Below, piece by piece: positions 39,201-53,849 of a stretch of 64,000 nucleotides of DNA. The stretch's first letter is position 1, and every line of letters starts with the position of its first letter. The notes under the pieces were generated by a model. The model searched no databases, was not told the origin of the DNA, and saw only the letters and a list, made by a program, of their open reading frames with translations. The stretch comes from Marsupella aquatica (lineage: Eukaryota > Plantae > Marchantiophyta), in contig OZ316893.1 of the NCBI GenBank assembly GCA_973895155.1, positions 10,297,660-10,361,659 on the forward strand, given 5' to 3'. The position numbers and the translations under genes are program-made.

Positions 39201-40476
39201 ATTTCTCGTACTTCAATGATGGTTTAATGTGAGCTCTGGGTAACATTTGTTAATGTTTCATCCGAATACTGGGTTTAGAGTGTTTTGTATTCGTCTCTTC
39301 CAAACAAGTAATACTTTCCTTTTTTGGCATTTGTTTATGCAGGGTTCACTTGACAATATCAACCTCTTCTCCATCATTACGATCATGTCTTTCTTCTTGT
39401 TGGCTCCTGTGACATATTTTGCTGAAGGAATCAAGTTCACTCCATCCTACCTACAGGCTGCGGTAAGTTTTCAACTCTCATCGGCACCTTTCAGGAATGC
39501 CGAGGATGGGCTGAAGTTATTACATTGTATGCGTGGCTGAATTTGAGATAAAGACTGGCCATTTTAATACGTAATTTGTGCCCGGGTTTAATCATTTTCT
39601 TTTCAAACAGGGTCTAGACGTAAAAGTGGTGGCAACTAGAGCTCTGATTGCAGGAATTTGTTTCCATTCTTACCAACAGGTATGCCAAAAATATATCTTG
39701 CTCTCTTTGATTAAAAACTAGTTGGGATTTTGTAGGGCCTATGGTGTGTCAGTCGTAGGTGCTGCGCCCAAAGGCTTAAAGATACGGGAATGCTGCTAGT
39801 TTTGTAGAGCAGGTCTTGATTCATTACCCTGCAATATTTTGTTGGTTTCAGCTATTACCCAAGGACATAGCTTTGTGGGGACTGAGGTTAGGGAAACAGT
39901 TCTGAGTGCCTCTGAAGTTGGACTACTGTGCTGTTTTTCTTTGGTACAGACTGGATAGTTTCAGCTATTCAGTTATTATCGGGATGCAATATGCAAGTTC
40001 CACAAAATATTCCCTTAAACAAATTGATATCAGTCACGAAACTTGATTAGTAATGGTAATCTCGTCTGTACAGGTCTCATACATGATACTGCAGAGAGTT
40101 AACCCTGTTACACATTCGGTTGGCAACTGCGTCAAGCGGGTGGTGGTGATTGTAACTTCTGTGATCTTTTTCAGGACTCCAGTTTCGCCGATCAATGCCC
40201 TTGGTAAATTTTATTCATCCCAGAAAGCTAGATATAGCCAACGCTTTGCATGGCTGCCAATTAGAATCAGTGATGTGTAGTTGGAGTGTTGCGAAGTGAT
40301 TTATAACAACATTTACTCGTCTGATGGGCACGCTCCCAGCGTTTGTACTCTAATTTCATTGGTCTTATCGTGTACAATCTTGTTTTGCAGGCACTGGCAT
40401 TGCCTTATCGGGAGTGTTCGCCTACTCAAGAGTGAAGGCATTACAAGGCAAGAAGAAGGAAACGAAGGCAGAATGA
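36296..40476 (+). CDS. PPT: Plastid phosphoenolpyruvate/phosphate translocator, 9 exons
   Basis: Transit peptide, then [75 protein letters not shown]. Exons approx. 36296-36796, 37670-37792, 38175-38327, 38617-38702, 39056-39140, 39343-39462, 39611-39679, 40074-40203, 40391-40476. Start could be 36311. Confidence 0.94.
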
Positions 40477-40751
40477 GATCCCATTTTGGGATGAAAATGA
40501 TTTTAGCAGAGGTAGTGTTGAGCATAAGGTTGTGAAGAAAAATTTTAGTCTCACTAAACTACCCTGAATGACGGTCTTAGAATACTGCTGAGAATTGACA
40601 GATTTATTCGAGAGCTTTTGAAGCTCTTCCTTGTCGTGTGCAAGCTATGTAGAAGCTCAGGAGTTGATGTTATGACATGCGCGGGATCCTATCAAAATCC
40701 ATGTGGTAGAATACTCCATGTGGTAGGCGAGGTGCTACAAACATTAATTTG

Positions 40752-41200
40752 GATGCCCTCCTTGTACCAATTTTGTCCAAACTTTTCATGATCAGAAAAT
40801 GACTTGGTGCAGCGACTGGCTGAATTGCCCCAAGTTTGCAACCGTACTGGTTAAACCACGCAACCTGAGTCGGAATTATGTCATTTCAGTGCGAGGCAGG
40901 CTGACTCGGTCCAAGGCTGCAACGTAAGTTGGAATTATGTCATTTCAGATTGAGGCCAACATTGATTTGAGTGCCCTCCTTGTACCAATTTTCTCCAGAC
41001 TTTTCAAGATCAGAAATGACCTGGTGCAGTGTCTGGCTGACCTGCCCCAAGTTTGCCACCTTAATGGGGAAACCACGCAACCTGAGTCGGAATTATGTTC
41101 AATGTGAAGCAGGCTGACTCGGTCCAAGGGTGCAACGTAAGTTAGAATTATGTCATTTTATTGTGGGGCAGGCTGACTCGGTCTAAGGCTGCAATGTAAG
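40752..41200. repeat. Nested tandem duplication between convergent PPT and UFM1 3' ends
   Basis: ~215-bp unit starting tgccctccttgtaccaatttt twice; subunit ggcaggctgactcggtc.aaggctgcaa.gtaag three times. Confidence 0.85.
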
Positions 41201-42028
41201 GTAACGACTTCGAAGTTGGTGAATGTTATCACTGTACAATCGGAACAGGGGTAGTTAGTGCGACCACATTCGGGGTCACGTACCCTTTGTTCAGGATCAT
41301 GCTAAACTAATTGTTTAGTTCCGAGTATTTAGTTCGGATTGAGTTGCAAATTGTCGACCTTCTCGTGAACTGCCCAGATGACTCTACAAATGCTTCCAGT
41401 AATACCTGAGCGATCCTATGGACAGTTTCTCATCAGTGCATGTATTCTCTCACTTTTGAGAAACATCCGGCAGATGCCAAAAGTCGAGAGCAGCATGAAA
41501 TCTTCGTGTGGGAGTTGTAATTAGCCATCGGACACATCTAATTTGCTGGGGAGATAAAGATGGGGTTAAATCCGTTTTGCTTTGGATATAAATTAGCAAG
41601 ACAAGTCATCGGAAGGGCAAACATTGGCGTGAAAAGGGACAGCACGATCCGTATCAGATTTTTTTGGATAAACAACTTCCGTTCCAAAACATATGCCAGA
41701 CAAGGCTATACCAACTCGACAGTTATAGGGGACCAGAAGAGGCAAAGGACAGTCGTCTGTAATATTGCGTAATTTCGCAAAAGCCTAAAGGGAAAGGAAA
41801 ATCCACTTGGACAAAATTGGAAGTCCTTTGATGTATCTTTGACTCTGGACCTACACTTGGAAACATTCTAACTGAAGCCTGCGAAACGAAGAATTGTAAA
41901 GGTGGTTGGCTCGAAGGTCTTTCGCCCATGGCAGCTTCAATAAAGTAGTCTCCCTTCTAGCCTTTGAACCATGTTGTACCGAATTTAATTGACAAGATTA
42001 CCTATCCCTTGCCACACACGAGTTTCTC

Positions 42029-43348
<1,320 letters not shown>

Positions 43349-44315
43349 GTTGTGAGGGGCAGCGCGCGCTCGATCCAAGGAGAAGGCCGGCCGGAGGGAC
43401 GAGCAGCGAAGCCAAAGCAGGTCTCGAGAAAGGCAGAATGAGTGGGAGAGAAGAGTGGATCTGAGACAGTGGTACTTTGTGGGCTTCAACGGAGAAGAAA
43501 TGGGCAGAGGCAGAAAGAGGAGAACTACTGTAATAATTGGCAGACTCTCGTTTCCTTCACCAATTGGAGAGGGGCAGGGAACAGAAAGTTAGTGACCACA
43601 AATTCGCGCAGGACAGATTGACAGAAGAACGAACGAATGATGAGGTTCATCGATGCATCGACCTCTCAAAGAATCAAATTCAGAAAGGAAGAGTTGAGAT
43701 GGGTGACTAATCAATGGCGAAAGTAGGGAAGAAAGGATTGGATGATAGTGGCTTTATATAATATAGAGGTTGTTAACCCATTAATTGTCAATCAACAATG
43801 TCAATCATCAATTGTCAATTGTCAATCAACAATGTTGTTAGCAGCCTCGCGAAATTAGGATACAGGGTTTCACTAGTCTGCCCCTAGTCTGCCACACGTT
43901 TTTGGCTTAATTAATATACCTTGCCATCTAAAATTTTCTATCTATTTTTCATAAGCCGTTTTTGTTTACTGGTTAATATTAACCCGGGTTAGCTCTTTTA
44001 CATCCAATGGCTCTATTGCACTCAGTACTGGGATTGGACAGCTCTGGCCTCCCTCAAGGTGACTTTGATTACCCTCACTAGGACAAAGGCAGAGGCACTG
44101 CACAGGCTGGGGAGAGAAGTTGTGGAGAGAGGCCTGGCGTAGGGTGGGAGTATGAAACCACTTGACCAACCCTAGGTCAATTAACACAAGGGTGATCAAA
44201 GTCACCTTGAGGGAAATCTGGGCCATTTGATCGAGAAATTTGTATAGGAGGACAGAAGAACGAATGACTGAGTGCATCGACTGATCTACCTCTCAAGGAG
44301 TCAAAGTCAAAAAAG

Positions 44316-44657
44316 TGTTGAGCATAGATGACAATCGCAACGGCAAGCCCATGAATCATCCAAGGCACAAATATCGCCACCAAGAGATATGTGATTCACC
44401 TTCACATGAGGCTACGTTCACGGGAACACACAAGAATTTTAATGCACTCTAGGCCGACCGACCATACCAAGTATCCACAACACAAACTCTTCCTATCTCT
44501 CAACTAGCTCCGTTATAATGAGCTTGAGTTCCCACTCTCCAAACAAACACCGCTTGGGTATAGTGTGTACAACATGACTAACCTAACTAGTGTGCGACTA
44601 AGGTTAGCCTTAATAGTGGTACAATCATAACTCTAGACCTAATAATTAATCCTAACA
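44316..44657 (-). mobile_element. Solo LTR, family A, copy 4
   Basis: TGTTG...TAACA termini with perfect TSD AAAAG, inserted in a duplicate of the UFM1 upstream region. Confidence 0.9.
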
Positions 44658-45961
44658 AAAAGAAGTCCAGAGATGGGTGACTAATGAAAGGCAAAAGTAG
44701 GGAAGATAGGATTGGATGAGGGTGGCTTTATAGAGGTTGTTAAGCTGTCAATTGTTAGTCACCATGTTGATGTAGCTAAGCAGCTTTGCAAAAGACAAAT
44801 AGTGCACTACTCGGATTTACTAGACTTATCACTTTTTTTTGGCATAACTATAGACCCCCATGGGAAGTTACTCCCAAAATTTCTCAATGCAAATGCAATT
44901 AGATCAATATGATTTGTCACAAACAAAGATAGTTAGTTATGCAAGAATAACCAAATTTAACTATTTGTGTTTGAGTCAAGGCCAAAAACAACAATTAGTA
45001 CCTGTAAGTGTAAAAACAATGGGGAACTGAAAAGTGACATTTCAAGTAAACAAAGAAACGGGATAGGGGTGAAAGAAAATAATCTTTGGATGAGTTGTAA
45101 TTGATATATCAATGTTTTCTAGTAATCTGTTTCAATTTTCTATTTAATTTACACATCTTTGAAATACAGTCAAGTAGAAAGAAACTCTTCCACTACTCTA
45201 ACATTTACCAAGGTAACATAAGAAACCCAATAAACTTTTAAGCTTCTCTAACATTTACCAAGGTAATTTAATACACCCTTTGGCTACTATGGATAAGGGA
45301 GTAACGAGCAAAAGTAAGAAACACCAAAACTAGTATGGGTAGAGGAATACCAAGGGACTCTAAGACCTTTCAATCAACTACTATGGACAAACTAATATTT
45401 TGGATGAACCATATGGAATGTTACATGTATTGTATAGACATAGAGGTACTAAGGAAAATGATTTGCATGGAGAATTACCCTTGGTATTACCATGAATGTA
45501 CTCTTATTTGTCTTCAATGAAATTCTCTTAACTACCTTTAAAATTCACTTCATTTAGAATCCTTCATTTAATCTTTGTACTCTCATCTGTCTATTCCAAT
45601 GTGCAACTCTTCATGGCTCCAAATAGTTCAATAAAACAAGCTTATATAACCAAAGGGTCCTTGAACTAATTAGCCTGATTATCCATCCTTGAATGCAAAT
45701 AGAGATGAGGAGAGGAGACAAAAGACCTTTCCGGAAAAAAAGATCCCCCTTTATTTCCTATTTACCTTTGCCCCCAACATTGTTTTAGTTTTTTGTTTGC
45801 ACTCTCACTTTCAGTTATGCCCTCACTTGGAGTTGCGGTCTAGAGGTTTCACTTTAGACGGTAGGCCCATAAAGTAGCTTTTGATAGTGCTTTATTAGTT
45901 AGATACATAAATTGTCACCCAGTTTTTTTTTCTGTATATCATAATTTTGCTATATTTGTTT

Positions 45962-46543
45962 ATGGGTTAAGAAAATCAACTTGGGTTAGCTCTTTGACAT
46001 CCAATGGCTCTCATTGCACCTAGGCCTGCAATCGGAGGGCTCCGGTATAACTTGACCACCGGAAACACATATCTGTGCCTGGTGTTTCCAATAGCCAGCT
46101 GATGACCTATGGACAGGTTTGAACTTCATTTTAAAGAAATTCTCTTGATTTCAATCAAACCTATCAGTATACTTAAGCTTCATTTGGTGTCTCTTTGGTG
46201 CATCTTTGCATAGCAATTGAACCTATCTGCCCGACCTGCCCGAAAATTCAAATTTCAAATTTTTGGGCCTCCACCAATCACATTGCTTGGATAGTTTTTT
46301 TCATTTTTCTCACTCATTTTTCACTCTTTCAAGATCTGGTTTTTCCTGAGACGTAGATCTAGGAGAGACCTGCATTTTGAGCCATAGATTGGCTCATTTG
46401 ACGAACGGACGAAAATGATCGGGCTCCCGATCGGAGGGCTGCGGAAGGGCGCTCGTCCGTGGACACCACAATCGCGTTTTGGGAGTGACTACTCCGGGTC
46501 ACCCGAAGTATTTTATACATTGATTAGTGGTTTAACCCATGAC
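45962..46543. mobile_element. MITE-like element, TGGGTTAA-terminus family
   Basis: atgggttaagaaaatc ... ggtttaacccatgac; left block shared with the element at 8362. Confidence 0.5.
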
Positions 46544-46667
46544 TGGTGGCTCTTTCTTGACAAAAGTGGGATGATACGACATAAGAAGCACTTAAGGAAG
46601 GATTTACATGAAAACTTTGTTTGTAACCAAATTGATCATGTAAAATTGTTTTCTAAAACAAGCACAA

Positions 46668-49600
46668 TGTTAGACTCTACCTGGTGACCGGACGACCGGA
46701 TCAGCCAGTCACCAGACCGGCACCACTATATGTACCAACCGCCACAGACTATACATGATTCATTCCATTCATACTCTCACACGTTATCAGCACGAGGACT
46801 CAGCCAGCGGAGCGAGATAGAAAGGAGAAGACCAGGGAAGATTGAAATTTTTTTATGGGGGATCGAGAGGACGACTTTAAAATCTAAGGAGCACAAAGAC
46901 ATTGGATCCAAGATCAGAGAGTCGAGGGCAGAAAAACACAGAATTCATAAGGACTTGAAGAGAATTCCGAATAGAGAATCGAGAAGAAAACCAGAGAGTC
47001 AAGCAGAAACTGAAAAGTTCATAAGGATCGAAGAAACACATCGATAAGGATTGATGGAAAGGAAAATTGAAAAGGGCACTCGACAGTAGGCCGCTAGCAG
47101 CGAGAGGCCATCGGAAATTTATCGTCAGAAGCAGAGCCTGGTTTGAGCAAACGTCGGAAGAAGACTGCGGATGAATTGACAGTTTATGGGGAGGATGAAT
47201 TGAAATGGAATAAGCAGAAAGCTGGTGGCACACCGCTCTGCCCCTACGCCTGCAATTGTTGCTTTTGAGAACACAGCAGCAAAACAAGGAGGCGAAGACT
47301 CTTTCGAAAGGATAAAGAAATCGAAGGAGATAGGGAGCGAGGGAGCCCGATGTTGAAGCAGCAAATGCCCCCTTTCTGATCGAAGGATTGCAATTTCACG
47401 ATCCCGAGATAAAATAGCCTGGATTCGAGAAGAACAGCAGCGAAGGCAAACGAAGAAACAAAAGTTGAGACACAAAATCGACCATAAGACCTTCTTAGAA
47501 AATCAAAGCGGATAGGGGCGATGAATGCCTGATGTTGAACGATAGCTCGAGCACTGATTAGCTTGGACCAAAGAAGGAAGAAAGAAGTGCCCAAGAACGC
47601 CATCGAAGGAGGACGAGAGGGAAAATCGAGGAAGGGCGAGAAGAACCAAGCAATCGGCCATAGCCAAGACATTGAAGTAAATCGTGAAGGCAAACCAGAT
47701 CGAGAGGGGCACCATAGCCCCACGAGATAAATTACCTAACCGCCAATCCATCCCTAAGCGCAACTCATTTCCAATGGAACTCGAAATAACAAAGGAAGAA
47801 GAGCACTAAAACACATAACTGCAACCCTAAGTGCACAACTGGATAACTGCACCAAAATACAAAGGAATCCTAAAATACAAAGAAGAGAATGCAGTTATAC
47901 ATTTACAAAGAAAACCAACTTACTAAGTGCAAAACCTAAATTCCGCAAAAACCCAATCATTCTTGCTTTACTCGCCCACGACTTAGATTGCTCTCCTCAA
48001 CCCTTTCTCCACCATTGCATGCGGCAAATGTGCATTGTCTTTTGACTACATATATATTATATCAACACCCACACCACCGCTGCACACCAGGACCTTAGAG
48101 ATGGCCAACCTTGAGAAACTCACCTTCCCCGCCCTAGAAATAGATGGCGGAAACTACCTAGAATGGTCCATGAACCTAAAAGAAAACCTAACCTCGCTAA
48201 CCTTACTCCCAGCTATAGGGATGGCTCAACCTATACTAGCTGGCGAACCCCAACCAGACCCGTTAACTAAAGCCAACGAATCTAAGGCTCTCGTATTCCT
48301 TAGACGCCATATCCATAGATTCCTACAAAGACAATACATGCACCTCTCAACCCCCCGTGAACTTTGGACAGCGCTCCAAACCCGATTCGACCACCAAAAA
48401 CTGGTCGAACTGCCTAAAGCCAGGCAAGACTGGCTAAACCTACGAGTCCAGGACTTTACCTCTTTCAGCCTACAATAGCGAACTCTTTAGAATAACCTCA
48501 ACCCTCGCACTATGTGGCGAGCCGGTCACAGACAAGGATCTGCTAGAGAAGACCTTGTCGACATTTCATTCATCGAATGTGTGGCTATCAACACAGTATC
48601 GAAACATGAAGTTCGGGCAATACTCCGAGCTCATAGCCCACCTCCTAGTCACCGAAAGAAACCAAGAACTTCTTTTAGTAAACTCTAGAAAACGACCTGC
48701 GGGCACACTGCCCTCAGGACAACAGAATGAAACCCATAACATAGAAAATGCTGAACCCTCCACATCAAGGCAAGGCATTAAGCGCACTAAGAATGGCAAC
48801 CGAAGAAACACCCACAATAGGGGGAGTTTCTATAACCAACATCCATAATATAACTCCCAACGGATCTTTAGAGGACGTGGAGGACGTGGTGGACGAGAAG
48901 GACGTGGAGGACGCGGAGGACGAGGAGGACGTGGTGGACGCAACGGTGGTAGAACATATAACAACAACCATAGAAACGATTGGTCACAATCCTGACAACA
49001 ACGAGAACGACCGAAATGCCATGAATGTGGCATGACAAACCACCTATCGAGAAACTGTAGAATCCCGCAACACCTTAGAGATCTATACCAACGGTCCATC
49101 CAGGATGGACAAACCTCTAGGCCACCACCCCGTGAAACCCATGGGGCGTTTATGGAGTCTAGTGACCCATTGCAAGACTTTTCAGACCTACCTGCCCAAC
49201 CCGAGGCACACTTAGTGGCAAGTAGCTCCACTACACCAGATTTAAATAGTCCAAGCACATGTATTATCAACAGTGCGACCACGCATACTATCCTCAGGGA
49301 TAGGCACCTTTTCCACAAGATTACACCCTCACGTAGATCCCTGACCACTATAAATGGCCCTAGCCAAATAGAAGAAGGCTTCGGCCCAGCTTCCATTAGA
49401 CTACCGCAGGGTACAGCGATTCACATAGAATCTGCCACTTTCACCCCGGACGCAACCCGTAATCTCCTCAGTTTTAGAGATATACGAGCAAATGGACTAC
49501 ATGTCCAGACGGGCGACACAAGAGACCAGGAAGTGATACACTTGGTTGAAAATACCCCTACGGGGAAAATCATTAAAAAAACACTTTTCTCGTATCCTTG

Positions 49601-52600
49601 CGGATTTTATGTAACTCATATTGAATATATGCCTGCATAACAATGCCAACACAAGCGAATTGCATGCGCTTTGGCATGCACGCCTCGGCCACCCCGGCCA
49701 ATCAATGCTAACCAAAATCATTAAGAATTCAAGAGACATTCCAATCAATACACGCCAATTTCCAGCGAGCACCCCATGCACTGCATGCTCACGCGGCAAA
49801 TTAATAACAAGGCCCATGGCATCAAAATTGCCAACTAAAATACCCCAATTCTTGGAAATCATCCATGCACATGTTTGCGGGCCAATTAACCCTCCAAGCG
49901 GACCTTTCCGCTACTTTATGGTATTAATCGACGCATCAACTAAATGGTCAAATGTGACACTGCTTTCAACAAGGAACACGGTTATGCCTAGTATCTTGGC
50001 GCAAATCCTGCGCGTGAAGGCACAATTCCCAGATCACCCCATAAAGACACTAAGGGTGGACAATGCAGGGGAATTCACATCTGAAACATTTGACGACTTT
50101 TGTACATCACTTGGCATCGATGTACAATACCCTGTACCCCACGTGCACTTTCAGAACGGATTAGCTGAAGCGGTCATTAAACACCTTCAGTTAATTGCAC
50201 GCCCATTACTAATGCAGTCAAAACTCCCCGTCTCAGCATGGGGACATGCCATACTACAGGCTAATGCATTAATTCAATATCGCCCATCGGCTTTTAATAC
50301 CTATAGCCCATACCAAATCGCTAATGATATCAAACCTGACCTATCACATCTTCGTTCATTTGGATGTCAAGTAATGGTCCCCATTACTTCACCCAAACGA
50401 ACCAAGATGGGACCCCAATGATAGTTGGGGATATACATCGGATTCGACTCTCCGTCCATAATCCGATATATGGAGCCTACAACTGGCAACGTTTTTAAAT
50501 CTAGCTTCCTAGATTGCCATTTCGATGAACATGTTTATCCACCGTTAGTAACCCCTGAACACCCACAACCACCTTTGGAGTGGGAAAGACATTCGCCATT
50601 TTGGCAAGACCTTAGAACCAATCAAGGGAAGAAAGAAGTTCAACAAATTTTACAACTCCACAAGATTGTGGAAGAACTTCCCGACGTTTTCGTTGATACA
50701 TCACAAGTTAGCCGCTCACATATTCAAGCTGCGAGAGCATCTGCCCACATTGAATTATCAAATGAGCCAGCAAGTACATCCTAACCTCATGCAAAACGAG
50801 GTAGACCCTTGGGATCAAAAGATAAACAACCACGAAGGCGTGGTTCATCTATACCACCTTCACCTGATGTCGATCATACCGAATCTACATCCCATGAAGA
50901 GATCTCTATCCACTACGCACACACAGGTGCGATGTGGGATAGAAATACTACTTCAATAGATGATGCTTTTGCATTAATGGTGGCAACACATATCACTGAC
51001 GATACACCCGAACCAATATCTATCTTAGAATGCCAAAACAGACCAGATTGGCCTGAATGGCAAAAAGCTATAAATGGAGAATTAGATTCCCTACTCAGCA
51101 GACACACTTTTGGCCCAGTCGAGCCAACACCGCAAGACGTACACCTAATTGGCTACAAGTGGACATTTGTCCGCAAAATAAATGATAAAGGCCAAGTTGT
51201 ACGCTATAAAACACGTCTGGTAGGGACAGGATTTACCCAACAACCGGGAATTCATTACGATGAAACTTATTCACCGATTATGGACAGCACAACATTCCGA
51301 TACCTTATCGGATTTGCCATTTTCCATAAACTACAAATGCGACAACTGGATGTTGCGACCGCATATCTATATGGAACTTTAGACACTTGTCTATACATGC
51401 GATCACCTCCCGAGTTGGAGCAACGTCGCCGAGCTTTAGCTCAAGGCGCTAAATCGCATATCCCATATTTACATAAGATTATAAAACAATTATCTCAAGT
51501 TACACCTCATGTGTCATCTATACATGTAACTCATAATAACGACACTGCTGTGTCAACCGTACGGAATACTCATCGCGGACTAGCTATCCGCGTGTTGAAG
51601 GCATTATATGGCCTGAAACAAAGTGGCAGAGTATGGTATCAAAGATTTACTGATGAAATGATTGCCATGGGTTTTTCCCATGATGCCATTACACCATGTT
51701 TATTTATTAAACATGTGGATGGCGAATATGTCATCGTTTCTATTTATGTTGATGACTTAAATATATTTGGGACACCCCAACTTACAGAAGATACTATTAC
51801 CAGTCTTAAATCAACATTTGAGATGAAAGACCTTGGACATACAAACTTTTGCTTAGGCTTACAACTAGAGATCCTACCCACTGGCATGATGCTCCATCAG
51901 ACAACACAAACTGAAAAGATCCTAAAACAGTTCAATATGAACCTAGCACATCCATTGACGTCACCAATGGTAGTACGTTCATTAGAAAACAATACTGATG
52001 TTTTTCACAAACGCGAAGAACATGAACCACTATTAGGACCAGAAACTCTGTATCTTTCTGTGATAGGAGCATTAATGTATCTAGCAAATCAGACACGACC
52101 AGACATTGCATTTGCAGTTAACTTACTAGCTAGACATAGTGCAACTCCCACAGCCAGACACTGGAACGGAGTTAAGCACGTATTTAGGTATCTGCGTGGC
52201 ACCACCGATACAGGGTTATTTTACCCATTCGGTGCAAACCACGAACTCATAGGATACGCGGATGCCGGATATCTTTCCGACACTGACACCGCAAAATCCC
52301 AAACCGGATATGTTTTTATTATTGGGGGTACCACTTTTTCTTGGAAAAGCGTGAAACAAACCCTAACAACAACCTCATTGAATCACTTAGAAATCTTAGC
52401 TCTACATGAGGCTAGTCGTGAAACCGTTTGGTTATGATCCTTTATAAACCACATCAACACCAAATGCGGCCTACCACCACTAACGAAGCCTACTAACATT
52501 TTTGAGGATAACACAACATGTATACAGCAGATCACAAAAGGATTCATCAAAGGCGATCGCGTGAAGCATATAGCTCCAAATTTTTTCTACACCCACGAGT

Positions 52601-53209
52601 TACACGGAAAAGAGATCAACATTTTGCAAATTTCAAGTGCAGACAACTGTGCGGATCTCTTCACCAAATCCCTATCGCCATCAATTCATCACCGACACTG
52701 CCAGACGATTGGACTACGGAGCGTGCGACGCATGATGACCATGGAGGCTACTGCTCCACATGATACCTGATGATGCTGACGACATGATGCTTATGATATG
52801 CTGCTGACGACCGACTGATGAAACAGATGTTAAAGCTAGATTTACTATAGCATCTAACTTTATACACTATTGACATTCATTACGACGAGGACTGTTAGGC
52901 TGCACTCTTTTTCCTTTAGCACTCATATTTTTCTCTGCTACACTGGTAGAGTTTTTACTAAGCTAGAGTTGATAAAGGTTTTTTAACGAGGCAGTCTACC
53001 TCGCTTGTATTTATATAATGTATTTTCTATGAACATGATATAATAGGTATAGTCTATGTTGTCTACATAGTTATCACTATATATCCAAAGGGGAGTGTTA
53101 GACTCTACCTGGTGACCGGACGACCGGATCAGCCAGTCACCAGACCGGCACCACTATATGTACCAACCGCCACAGACTATACATGATTCATTCCATTCAT
53201 ACTCTCACA
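46668..53209 (+). mobile_element. Full-length Ty1/copia LTR retrotransposon, Bianca-type
   Basis: Identical 114-bp LTRs (46668-46781, 53096-53209, TG...CA), TSD CACAA, PBS CGTTATCAGCACGA, PPT AAAGGGGAG, gag-PR-INT-RT-RH domain order, Bianca-like integrase text (CGPINPPSGPFRYFMVLIDAST, RTKMGPQ). Confidence 0.95.
48101..52770 (+). pseudogene. Disrupted gag-pol of the copia element
   Basis: Gag, RGG tract, CCHC knuckle CHECGMTNHLSRNC, protease, integrase, RT (YVDD) and RNase H. Frameshifts at ~48465 and ~49630; in-frame stops at 48846, 48993, 50419, 50422, 50782 and 52435. Confidence 0.92.
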
Positions 53210-53329
53210 CACAACACATACAAAGTGATGAGTTTACAATTACTTATTATTCAGGCTCATTTATGATCTGTCCCCCATTCTGCCCCCCCTTTGCACCTCC
53301 ACCCTGAGTTATATTTCATTCTAGACAAT

Positions 53330-53575
53330 AGGTCCACTAAATTGCTTTTGATTGAGATTATATACTTATAGCTAGATACATATTTACTGAAAATTTTCAA
53401 ACTATTTCTAGGCAGTAGGCCCAGGAAATTGCTTTTGATTGAGATTATATACTTAGCTAGATATATATATTTACTGAACTGTTCAAACTATTTCTACGCA
53501 GTAGGCCCAGGAAATTTTATTGAGATTATATATTCACAGCTACATATATATTTACTGAACGTTTTGAAACGATTT
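53330..53575. repeat. AT-rich ~85-90 bp tandem units (x3)
   Basis: ttgagattatata...agcta.ata.atatttactgaa repeated three times. Confidence 0.8.
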
Positions 53576-53849
53576 TGGGACTCTTTGGTCTCCTTGGTGT
53601 CCCCCCCCCCCCGGCCCTAATTGGGTTTTTGGAACCTGTCTCCAGTTTGAAGTTTTTGTACTTTGGCACAATGACATATATTTTGATGTCAAGTGTCTTA
53701 ACTTTAGAACAAGAAGTGGCTTTAGAAAGAGGCTTGTCTTGGTGGAAAAACGTCGAAAGCCAGGCTGAGTGAAGCTCAAAGGCCAGATTCGGCAAGGCAG
53801 ATGAGCTTGATTATTACTGAGCTGCGTTGCCCAGAGATAGAGCGAGGCG

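Noticed and set aside
41216-41500. Possible C/D snoRNA (CTGATGA on minus strand)
   Set aside because: No convincing terminal stem, D box spacing or rRNA guide.
46877-47763. Hydrophobic antisense ORFs as an env-like gene
   Set aside because: Short, in several frames and explained by purine bias of the plus strand.
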